The position numbers and the translations under genes were made by a program. A model generated the notes under the pieces. It saw nothing but the letters and a program-made list of their open reading frames with translations, ran no database searches and was not told the DNA's origin. A DNA stretch of 63,693 bases, filler included, from Reticulomyxa filosa (lineage: Eukaryota; Protista; Foraminifera), in assembly GCA_000512085.1 (NCBI GenBank). It is 17 parts of 17 records of this genome, joined end to end, with 100 filler letters (N's around TTAATTAATTAA, not from the genome) between each part and the next. Parts side by side here need not be neighbours in the genome. Positions count along the whole stretch, not along the records: positions 45,357 to 54,947 come from ASPP01000050.1; positions 55,048 to 60,806 come from ASPP01008960.1; 15 more parts are not named here. The stretch is one strand, 5' to 3'. Below, in pieces: positions 49,601 through 60,806 of this stretch (positions are counted from its first letter, which is position 1; each line of letters opens with the position of its first letter).

Positions 49601-52600
49601 CGGAAAAAATAAATATTTTTGGGTAATTTCACAAATAATGATGTTTTGTACATTGATCTACTCAAAAAATTATCGTCATAATTTTGAATAGTTTTATCTT
49701 CACATGTCGTTTAAGAATATTTAGCTTGTTTTCGTCTTCTTTTGAACAAAATAATTACGTTCATCAAACTGACGCATGTGACAAAACTTCTGAAGGTAAG
49801 TCTTTTTTGTATCTTTGATAAAAATGTTTTTTTTAAAAAATTTTCAATGAGATGTAACAATCTCAATTTTCTTTACTCACTTTTGATGGAAAAAAGTGAT
49901 CAAGATAAAAAATTAATTTTATTGGACTACTTTTGAACGCAAATACTCTGTCATCATAGTCCTCAGTTGAATGAAATGAAAAATATCAATCATGCAAATT
50001 TTAATATTTCATATGATTAATACTAATATTTAACAATAGGGATCATGTTTTTGTGTTTAAGATTCATAATTTATCAAAAAATTATGACAATTTTCAAAAG
50101 AACTTTTTTCTCCTTTTTTTTATTAGGTAACGAATGAAAACAAATAAAAGAAATGATAAAAAAACAACCATAATCAAACATTATATCAACTTTCACAGTG
50201 ACTATTTTATATATAAAAGTAACAAAAGAATATTCACGAATATTTAAGGTTGTGGGTCATTTTCTTGAACTTGTGGGTCATTTTTTAAATTTTTTGAACC
50301 TATTTTTTGAAAATGATCCAGTTTTGTTATGTAAATAGAAACTGCAAATAAGTAAATATATAAATATTTGTACAACATGTGTGATCACGTTTTGAAAATT
50401 TTTGTATAGAAAACTCGAATGTTGAAATCTTTTTGATACCGTTTGTGATTTTTTCATTGACAAAAAAACAAAAAAGGAACTGTATATTTTATTTTCACTC
50501 TTTTCAATAATTGGCTTTGTCATATAGAAAATCAAAAAAAGATTAATAATTAATTTATTATTCAAAATAAATCATACTTATGATGTCTAAAGTTTGTTAT
50601 CATGAACACATTATTGTGTTGACTGTTCTTCAGTTGGATTGATAATAGTGATGATAAATATGCAAAATGTTATCTTGTTTTTGTTTTTATTTTTAACTTT
50701 TTCAATTGGAATTACGAAAAAAACATTAAAAACTTGAATATGACACATTTATGATTGACAAACATTTCGCAATCAAATATTATATTTTTTGTTTTTATGT
50801 AATCTATTATGTCATAATCACGCTTTCAGTGATAACGAAATTTATCATATTGTATATATAAATAATCATGCATCAATCATCGTACAAACAATTACGATAC
50901 ATAATATACGGTATCCGTTCTATAAATAAAGAAAAAGATTTTACAATTTTTCTTCTTTCTGAGATGCTACTGATATTTAAAAATTCAGTAACATCTCTAA
51001 ATATAATTATAAATGAACAAGGGAATCCACAGTACATCATACACACTTCTTATATCGAAACAAAGTTTCCTTTTTTAATGTAAATGATCCAAAAAAAAAG
51101 AAAAAGCATTCACATTGCAAAAATGTTGGTTGTTATTATGTGGTCATAATATTTATTTTAAATACATTTTTTATTTGCTTATCAGTTTGATAATTGCTGT
51201 TCAATATCACAGCATACATTAACATTTTGGATTTAGCAAATTAACAAAGCATCTTCCTCAAACATGAGGACGCTTTTCAAACGAAACAATAGGAATATTA
51301 GAATGTATATTTTGTAGTTGAAGAAGATAAATATGATCAACAACAAATGGATATCGTCTAATGAAAGCTGGATGCAAATAATAAATTTCATTCGATATCC
51401 ATTTTTGACAGCAATATTTTTTTTTTGCTCACCAAAGAATACTACACATGAAAGATAGAAAAAATTAACAAAATGGAATTGATCCCTTTTTAAACAGTTT
51501 TTGTTTTGCAATTTGGTAATATAAAGTTGGAATAAAAATATTTTTATTTATTTATTGTATGTAAATAATCATCTCACTTACATTAATGTCTCCAAAACAG
51601 GATTAGATAAAAGCAAAAAAATCAGTTAAGTAAGGGGTTATGAGGGGGGGAGGGCGTAGTTCAATTTTTTTTATTTTGGCAAATGTAATATTTTTCTTTT
51701 GATAACAAGCTCAAAGATTTTGTTCCAACAAGTAAAGTTTTGAGTTTTTCTTTGCTCGACGTCAGTTACTGTTATGAAGCCTTGTGGAAAAGAATGTATG
51801 TGACTACACAAGCAACAGTTTGAGTGTGATTTGTAACCCCTTCATAATTATTTTTTAAATAATTAACATCTACAAGTGAGCACTTTTATGTGGAGGTTTG
51901 TAAATAAATTTTAGGATATGTTATATACATAAACAAGTCATAATAATCCAATCTAATGTGTATGTTTATGTCAATGATAGTATCCTATTTTTCAGTAGAA
52001 AAGATGTTCATATGATATTTGCTTCAAAAGAAGTACATAAGTACTTAGTGACAAAAAATACAACAAACTTTGATGGAGACAAAAAAAAAAAAGATCTTCG
52101 AATTGTACATAAACTTTATTCAACATAATACAAATCGAGAGAAAACAATGGGTAATAAAACTATTGCAAGTACTTTGACAGCATAAAAGTCTCTCAAAAT
52201 GGTGTTGTTAGATAAAAGTCTAAAAGTATTAAATAACTCTTTGAGTAAATCCCATAAAAAAAAAAATACTTTGAATGTGAATTCCTTTCTTGATCACTTT
52301 TTCCCTCATTTAGATAGTTTTTTTGATAATATTTGTTGTTGCTTCTGGAAGTAAACATATTTACAGTTGATAAGAAAAGAAAATATTTCAATTAGTATTC
52401 AACAATTTCCAATGATAACAAAATATGAAAGAATAACTATTTATTACTTTTATAAAAATAATCAACATGTTCAACAAGTAATCTTTTTCATTTTGATTCA
52501 TTACATAATTAAAAGAAAATGAATATTATGCGTTTTTTAAATTATGGTTCATTTTGTTTTAATTTTGGGTCATTTTTTATTTTTTTTTAACCTGTTTTAA

Positions 52601-52780
52601 AAAATGACCCAGTTTTATTTAAACATATAGAAAACTAATTTTTCTAAATTAAATATTGATCAGATAAGTCAGTTATTGTATTATGTACATGTTTTATTAA
52701 ATCAAAATCAGTTCAAAAAATTAATTAAATTAACAAGTCACAAGGGGGAACGTAGTCCCATTTTTTTTATTTTTGTTTTT
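46630..52780. repeat. Cluster of degenerate copies of an AT-rich dispersed repeat with core GGGTCATTTT...AAAATGAC(C/A)CAGTTTT (at about 46638, 47375, 49441, 50253, 52567)
   Basis: Core recurs five times in the same orientation, with shared flanks (ATAGAAAA.TAAT, AAGTCAGTTATTGT, GTCCCATTTTTT; 46968-47020 similar to 50750-50800). Confidence 0.75.
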
Positions 52781-53104
52781 GTAATGTTTTCTCTTGAAAG
52801 CAAACTACAAAGCTTTGCTGGCTTCTTGCTCCCATATCTGAAGTAAATAGCGATTATCAAGGTTTATCAAACAGTCAGAAAGTGCATGTACTCATTTTTT
52901 GTTATACGGTAGGAAAAGCTTTATTTGTTCTTATAATCACTACATATGAGAATTTCATGCTTGTATACTACACATTGGATACAATCAAGTGGAATTGTCA
53001 AAAGAGCTAAAGTTTTAATGAGTTTACTTGTTCTTAATGCAGTTTTTGTTAATGTATTTCAATAATTGTTTCCTTTTTAAAAGAATCGTTGTAGTGAGTT
53101 TCTG

Positions 53105-53430
53105 TAAAGATTTACAATGATCCCCAAATTTCAAGCACTTCTCCCAATAATACTAGTGTGTGACTTTATCCAGGTCATTTCCTCCTCCGTATTCCTTAGG
53201 ATCTGCATGCTTTCGTACATAGTAAGTCTCATTGTTGGCTGTATCCATGACATCTCAGCCTTCGTCATTATGTTTATTACATTTAATCAGATAGAAATGG
53301 CCTTTTCTTATTTTCTCGCAAAGTTCAGCCTCGACAGTGTCCCCAGTGGTATACACGTGAACGGTGCCTTCGATCAATTCTTTTTCAGTTGATGTGGTGG
53401 AGTCCTTGAATGTTTTCTTTGTTTGCACTT
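53105..53430 (-). pseudogene. Decayed fragment of a Cys/His-rich protein (GHxH...THxxYW..F.D.C type)
   Basis: One frame reads ELCEKIRKGHFYLIKCNKH..*..RKHADPKEYGGGNDLDKVTH*YYWEKCLKFGDHC with two stops. It recalls the Cys-rich region of large vWA/GTPase proteins. Confidence 0.4.
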
Positions 53431-54509
53431 TGAATTTGATGGACTAATTGTTTTCAACCACAAATATGGAATGCAACATATCTCCATGTTGTGTGTGATG
53501 TTTGTTGCTGTGTTCAAATGATTTGGTGCGATAGTGCTCATAAGTTTGATAAGTGTGCAAAATTTCGGTACATTTGTGTCTTCATTCGTGCGTTTTTTTA
53601 TATTTGGGCAACAGTTGACTGCATTTATATTTCTTACTACTAGAGCAATGAACGAATCATATTCAAACGATTTGGTCCAAGTAATCTTTGAATTAAAAAC
53701 CTTTGTTTCATTTACCACACGTTTGTACTCGACTTTGCAATTTGCTCATGGTCCTAATGAATTTTTACATATTGATTTTTATAAAAAGCTTATTTGTTGT
53801 GTTGCTCATATTTTACATGCTGCTTCTTTTCAATGATTCATTATTCATTAATTTTTTTAATTGTTTATTTTTTAATTTCAGCATAACTGGTTCAAACTGT
53901 CCGGACATTGAATACTTTAAATCATTTTTGTCATAAACTACTTGTAGCTGTTTTCCTTTCATACAGCACAAAAAAAAATTCTACTCTGGCAGATTTAGCC
54001 ATGGACTTAATTTCAAAAATGACTTGTCAAGGTCATCTTTATTTGTTGCTGTAATTTTTTTTTGGTTCAAAGTTCCCCTCCATGTCCGTTCACTGGAAAT
54101 GTATGTTAAGTGACAAGATGGGTATTATTGTAGTTTTTTTTTACAAATAAAAAAAGAAAAATGGTTTCTCTAAACCAAACCAAGCCAAACCAAACAATTG
54201 AACAGCTCTATACAACAGCAGAAAAGAAGCGATAGTATCAATTGGCATAATTTACCTAAGTTGTGTGGTGATCCCATTATTGTTCATATCATTTGCGTCA
54301 TGGTTACTTTGCAAGGAGCAAGAGAGTCCAACTCACCGATATTCATTGGCAGTGGAGACATTACAGCCCCGACGATGGAGTCTTCGTCCGTCGATAGTGA
54401 CATCATCGACAACAACAACGACGACGACGCGCGTGCGTAGCACAGATTCACAAGTAAGTCTGTTGCAATTATGTGGACATTGTAATGAGTGGTTGTATCA
54501 ATCTTATCA

Positions 54510-54690
54510 TCATTATTGTTGTTGTTGTTGTTGTTGTTATTGTTGCACTAAGTGCAATTCACATTCACATTCGCGTTCTCATTCGCATTCGCATTCGCAT
54601 TCCAATTTTCAACCACAACCACAACAACAACCACAATATACACACCATCATAATCATAATCATAATCACAATCATAATCATAATCATCAT
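54510..54690. repeat. Compound microsatellite (TTG)n, (CATTCG)n, (CAACCA)n, (CATAAT)n
   Basis: Directly visible arrays that account for the overlapping low-complexity ORFs. Confidence 0.9.
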
Positions 54691-54904
54691 CGACCAAGTA
54701 TGGAGCCACATGCACTAATACCCTCATGGCATATTTGCGTGCTGCTGAGTCTGCTGAGTGCATGTTGCTTTGTCATCGCTCAAGCCGTGTTGAACAGCTT
54801 ACACTTGTTCGGAGGAATTGCTATTTCATGTGTCCTCCGAAAGATTATTGTCATTTTTTACGTGTTGCAGCGATTGTTTCTTTATCTCTATTTCTGGGGG
54901 TTAA

Positions 54905-54937
<33 letters not shown>

Positions 54938-55096
54938 TTTTTTTTTTNNNNNNNNNNNNNNNNNNNNNNNNNNNNNNNNNNNNNNNNNNNNTTAATTAAT
55001 TAANNNNNNNNNNNNNNNNNNNNNNNNNNNNNNNNNNNNNNNNNNNNTGTATATATATAAACATAATGAGCCACAAAATTGTTAAAAAAAAAAAGG

Positions 55097-55789
55097 ACTG
55101 GGCTTGTGCCAATTGTGGAGATCCCATACGCCAAGTATCTGGACTGTGGCGCGGAATGTTTTATGAGTCGGTGATAATGAACTGGCTAAGCAATGGAAAC
55201 CAGCCCAATGGGATGCTGATTCGGCTGCAGGGATTTGGGACGGGCTTGTTTGGTGGCAACTTCCACACTCACAACAGCTTAAACTTCCCACCCGGATTGG
55301 ACGTCGTGTGCTACAGCAATGGCAGCGACTATGTGCGCGGCTGGCGATACAATATTCAACAAGCGAAAGGGGGGCGCGTTGTGATGAGCGTCGATTGCAC
55401 GAAACTGCTGAATCAAAGACATGTGTTTGAAGACATGGGATCGCGGGACTCGCTCTTGTTACTCCCACATCCAACGCCGTCTGAATACATCACTCTTGAG
55501 GATGTCATTTTGTATCCTTCGAAACGCTCCTCTCATACCCAATCTGTCGACGAACACTTTGTTGAAAAAGTTATTTGCTCCGATGTCAGCGTTGACAATA
55601 AGACCATTGTCGAAAATCACGCCTCGTATAGCTCAAACGCCGATTTACGTAGCTATTTCAACACGTCGACCAACTCCAAACCCTACGTATGCATTGTCAC
55701 CTATGGAGTCGGGGTTCCTCTGGCAAGACAAGTTTTGACTCTTTTCTTGTTCATTGTATATAGTATTGGATCATATTATATTTATGTAC

Positions 55790-55831
<42 letters not shown>

Positions 55832-56239
55832 TTACATATATACATATATATATGTTTTGCATTCTTTGTTTATTATATGTTGACATGACAACAAAAGGCC
55901 CAGGAAGTGTTATGCAAAAAATATGGCTATGAAAATGTCCTCGTTATCGACACTCCTTGTCTAAGCAAGATTCCAAACAAATTGAAACAGCTGTTTGAAA
56001 GTGTCAAAAATCAAAAGGCGGGGAAATCCGATCCACGCTTTCAAATTATGTTCGCAGATATGTGCAAAGAAATGAACGCTCCGCTGAATAATTTTGCCGT
56101 CAAACTGCAAAATGAAAGCATCTTGCAACACTTTGAATGGAAGAGTGCTGCTGCCTTGCAAACATACAACTTGTTGGGCAAAGAGGTGAGCTTCTTGTCA
56201 AGGGATGAAATTGTAAATACTGTTTTATCCATTAAATGA
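55097..56239 (+). CDS. 2-oxoacid dehydrogenase E1 beta-like / transketolase pyrimidine-binding and C-terminal domains, 5'-truncated, 1-nt frameshift at about 55155
   Basis: GLVPIVEIPYAKYLDCGA then, after the frameshift, MFYE, GGNFHTHN, PPGLDVVCYSNG, IVTYGVGV and VLVIDTPCL. Intron about 55731-55898. Confidence 0.8.
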
Positions 56240-56489
56240 AATACCTTCTCATCTTACATTTTTTAATGCTGACAATTTTTTCCTCCTTTTTTTAATGCAC
56301 CCAGTGCACTATTCTGCTATTATCTACGAGTTTCCTATTTTTGTTGCCTCCTCTCTTTTTTTTATTATTTCTTTTTTTTAAATATTCGACAAGTATTAAC
56401 TGACTCTTTAGAGTTACGTTTGAGGGTTTGTTCCGCCGCTAAAAAAAAAAGAAAACATAAAAAAGTTTTATTTTTCGTGATATATTGTA

Positions 56490-59400
56490 ATGGCAGCGAC
56501 TAATTTTTGTCGATTTTCACTGTCTTTGGCAGTGATTTTGTTGACAGCAGTAACATGGGGCGACAATCTTACCACTCCCTACGCAACGTGGATGACAGAC
56601 ATGAAGAAAAGCAGCTTTTATTATAATGGAAGTATATATTCACTGACAATATTTGATCTAATCTGGCCTGGCTCCCACCATGCTGGTCAATATTCTGTAA
56701 CCACACAGGTGAATAACAACAAAAACTGTGTAAACACACTACGTTTGTTTGCTAAAAATTTGTATACGTAAAATTGACCCACAATCAAAAGAAACCAAAA
56801 AAAAAAAAAAAAAACTTAAAGCTCAAAAAAAAAAAAAATTAAAAAAAAAATAGAGATCAAACGACCAACTTGGGCAATTATGGGTGAACACAACAGCATT
56901 TCCAATAAGCTTTCAAAAGGCGTGGTCGACTAGACAAGAATCAAACATAGCCTATCAGTTGAAAGGCGGTTCGCGATTCTTGGATTTGAGATTTGAATAT
57001 TTGTCATCTCAAGACCAGTTTTACACACATGAAGGTCTATTGGGTGCAGACATTACTTCAGTTATAACTAACTAAAGCAAAGGAATAGCATGAGGGAAAG
57101 AAAAATTTTTTTAAATCATAAGTTCCCTTTCATGTCCCCCTTTTTTTTGTTCTCCTCCCCCCTCCTTCCTCCTAACTTTACTTCAGTGACGACCGAGAAT
57201 GCTCAAGTTTATGTGTTTGTCTATAGATTCTCTCGCAAATTAAGACATTTGTAGAAAACTTGTACACTTCAGGTTTAAAAAAAAAAAAAAATGTGTACGT
57301 GGATGTGTGAATATTAAAAAAAAAAAAAAATAAGCCACAAAAAAAAAAAAAAAAAATTAACCAAAAAAAAAAAAGAAACAGTCCAAGAGGAAATAATTTT
57401 GGTGTCATTGACGAATTTTCTAATGAACGGCAATGCGGGGACGAATACAGCCCGCGTTCACAGATTATTGAATGAGATAGTGAAAGAGTTACGTCCATAT
57501 ATGGCGTCGAGGGCGGTGTTTAGTGAATTGAACGGGGTATCGTTGGAAAGCATCCGCTTGGCGGGGTACAATTTGATATTTTTTACGGACACGTTTTCGG
57601 GATCCGCAAACGACACCTTCTTTTACGATGCCAACACATACTTTGTGAACAACACGGATCTGAAGTTTGAAAACTATACCAGCACGCGAACCCAGGTCAT
57701 TGGCAAGCTGCGCTTCGGCTGGGATTATAAGCAATTCAACCGAATATTCTGGACCACGCCAATCGGAGACTTGTATTCCTTACGTCATATCTATGCGTCG
57801 TATCGAGAGTACAATCTGCCAACAACCCAAGATATCTTTCTTACCTTGCAAACCTACCCGTTTCGTTTTTTTTTTTTTTTTAATATTTGATATTTGAAGT
57901 GATAGAATGGATTATTGCAATTTTTTTTTTTTTTTGCAAATTTAAAAAAAATAGAAAAATTCGTTTCACTAACGCCTTCATAACGGACTACGTCGTTGGA
58001 TCGGGCCTTGTGGAACAAGCGATCTTGTTGAACTACAACTACCTCAACTGTCACGATGTCAATGCCTTCTGGGGAACCAATACAACACAATGTCCGTATA
58101 TAACCGGATTGGAGAGAGATTACCGCAGTGACAATATCGTTTAGTATACATATTGGTACATAAAATATAGAAAGATATAAAGATATAAATATATATTTAT
58201 ATCTTTTTATCTTTATATATTTACGTATACTATTCTAACAATTCAAAAAACAAACAAACTAAAAACAATGGACTTTGTTGTAATTTCATATTTAATTGAT
58301 CGTGTATTGAAAAATATGTGTTTGACACAAAAGAGCTCGCTGTGTGGGACAACTGAAAAAGCAGTCTGCCCACGCTCGTGTGGATTATGCCCTTATGCGA
58401 AAGGTGGCCCCGGCAGCTCGTGTGAATCGAGCAACGATTGCAACAATGCATACTACAGAGCGTATTTGGGCGCGGGTCAAAATGGCACGTGCTTTGTCGC
58501 CACGAAGAAACAGCAGTATTACATCCCGGAAGCGAGCTTTTGCGTATCTGCAAATGCCTTTGAAACGTGCCAGTCCATTAAACAAACGGAATGTGACGAG
58601 TTTCGAGATTATCTGTACGGTAACGGTTCTAACATTACTTGCAACCAATGCACCAGCAACTTTGATTGCTTGTCTTCGTACTGCAGTAGTACTTTGTACA
58701 TTTGCGCTATTGCCACGGAAATCACATTCCGAACCCCTGCCCCGACCACGTCCAACAATCACTATTCCTTTGTTGAATCCACCTGGGCCAGGCAATTCCG
58801 AGACCAAATCGCATGGCTTCGACCTGGAGACGCCAATGGCCAATACTCGTTCGCTTTTAATAACTGGTGCACATCCCAGGCCTCGTGTATTAAACTCCTG
58901 AACAAAAATGTATCATTCATTCCATTTTTGTTTTATGTCATATTTATCAGAGATAAAAATACGTATACTTTTTGTATACATATATGTATATATATATGTG
59001 TATACATTTTTATATGTATACACAATGTGTATATATGTATATTTTTATATACGTCAGTATACATACTTTTTTTGGTGCAAATTTTGCCTAACATGTGTTG
59101 TATTCAAACGAACGAAATAACTCCAATAGCCATATCTAACCTCGTTGATTGGATTTGTATTGATCCCTTTTTCGCTAGCAATTTTGATGTACTTCTTATA
59201 TTCCCTCTGCTGTCTTCCGTGGTGCGTCTGCGATCGATGTCCGAAAAAATGCTGCTGTCGTTCGTGCTTGGGAGACCCCTCCGAATCGGCCTACCGAAAA
59301 CGCGGACCCTTGGTCGCTTTGGGCATTTCATTATGCTTTGTGATATGGGGATGCTCCGAGGGAATTTATGGCAATGGCAAGTTGCACAGCGACTTGTTTG

Positions 59401-60806
59401 GCAAATCGGATTCTTTTCGAAACGTTACCTTCGATATGTTCGACACTTTTATTAACAAATTTGAGGGAATTGGCCCCGTGGCAACCTTTATTTTGTTAAG
59501 CAAGAATTTTGCTTACAACAATACTTTTTTTTTAAAACAAACTAACTATTTTATATATATACATATATATATATAAATATATAAATATATGTGGTGTTGT
59601 GACAAACGTTAGGAACAATTTGGAAACAGTGTTAAATACAGTCGACCGAGTGGTGGCAAATGACGATGTCCACAACGCCACCTATGATGTGATTCACATA
59701 ATGAATAATCTCACGGAGAAGTATGGTCGCAACATTGTGTTTTCGGCGACTATTAATTATCCCTACGACACCAGCAAGCAGATCGAATACAATATTACGT
59801 GCACATATTGCAATGACGTCGGTGACTCCATCCGATCACTGAACGGAACTTTGACTCATACAGTTGGGTGTCATCTTTTTTTGTTTGTTATCAAAGTTAT
59901 CAAACATAGATTAAATAATTTACATATATACATATATATAAATTATTTAGACGCTGACTACTCTCAACTATTTGCAAAAAACATTGAACGGGACTAAGCT
60001 ACTTAGCAATGCTCGGACATTGATCGATGATCAAGTCTCGTCCTATTACCATTCAATGAGTCGTCTGATCAATTCCATCAGCAACGCTTCGCAATCGACT
60101 CGTCGCATTTTGGACAAAGTGGAAGGCTACGATGTCAAAAGGCAAACAGGTGGGTTTGTCTTCTTCACCATTCCGTTTTCGTGGGTGGTGTTCCCCATCT
60201 TGGGAGCCGTGTTATCGAGCAAATGGTTTTTTAAAATGTTACGTATACTTTTTTTTTTAGATAAAAAAGGGACAAAATTGATAAAAATAAAAAAAATAAT
60301 AATAATAATAACAATAATAATAATAAAGAAACTGGTGCCTTGCCATGTATATCGGTGCGACAGTGATGCTGTTATTTTCATTGTTTGCAGTGACATCTGT
60401 CGGCTGGGCTGATTTTTGCGTGCGTTTGGATGACTTTGAAACGGATTTGGGATCGAGTCAATTGGGACAACTCTTGCTGAGTTTGACCCACGGAGGCAAT
60501 GTGTCACTCGGAAATAACAGTTTCACGGGCAACAATTCCAACTTTGGCATGTTCGACATTATCAACGCGTGCTTCACTGGAGAGTCACTCGTCGAAACCT
60601 TCCATTTGGACAAAGGTTTGGACTGGAACTCGCTCCGCAGCAACTTGTCGAGCTCGTTGAACTTTGATGTGAAAAAAGCATTCAAGGTTCAGCAATTGGA
60701 CGAGTTTCGTAACATTATCTCATTCTACATATTTATGTTGCAATCAAACTCTATTTCTAATGCAGTAATGGTATTGTTATTGTTATGTTTGTTTGTTTGT
60801 TTGTTT
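56490..60806 (+). CDS. Multi-exon membrane protein: signal peptide, PI-PLC X-like domain, ShK-like domain, Cys-rich region, Tweety/prominin-like TM module; 3'-truncated
   Basis: Signal peptide MAATNFCRFSLSLAVILLTAVTWG. PLC motifs WM...LIWPGSHHAG, TRQESNIAYQLKGGSRFLDLR and NAFITDYV. ShK is CHD..C..C..CPRSCGLC. TM helices carry GIYGN and ADFC. GT-AG junctions keep frame between the modules. Confidence 0.75.

Noticed and set aside
54198-54933. Poly-Cys/His/Asn 222-aa ORF and overlapping ORFs
   Set aside because: Explained by compound microsatellites; the true coding frame, if any, cannot be determined.
58268-59455. 395-aa ORF as a stand-alone protein
   Set aside because: It reads through a TA-rich intron (about 58910-59129) and then runs out of frame. 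Only about 58333-58909 is an exon of the larger gene.
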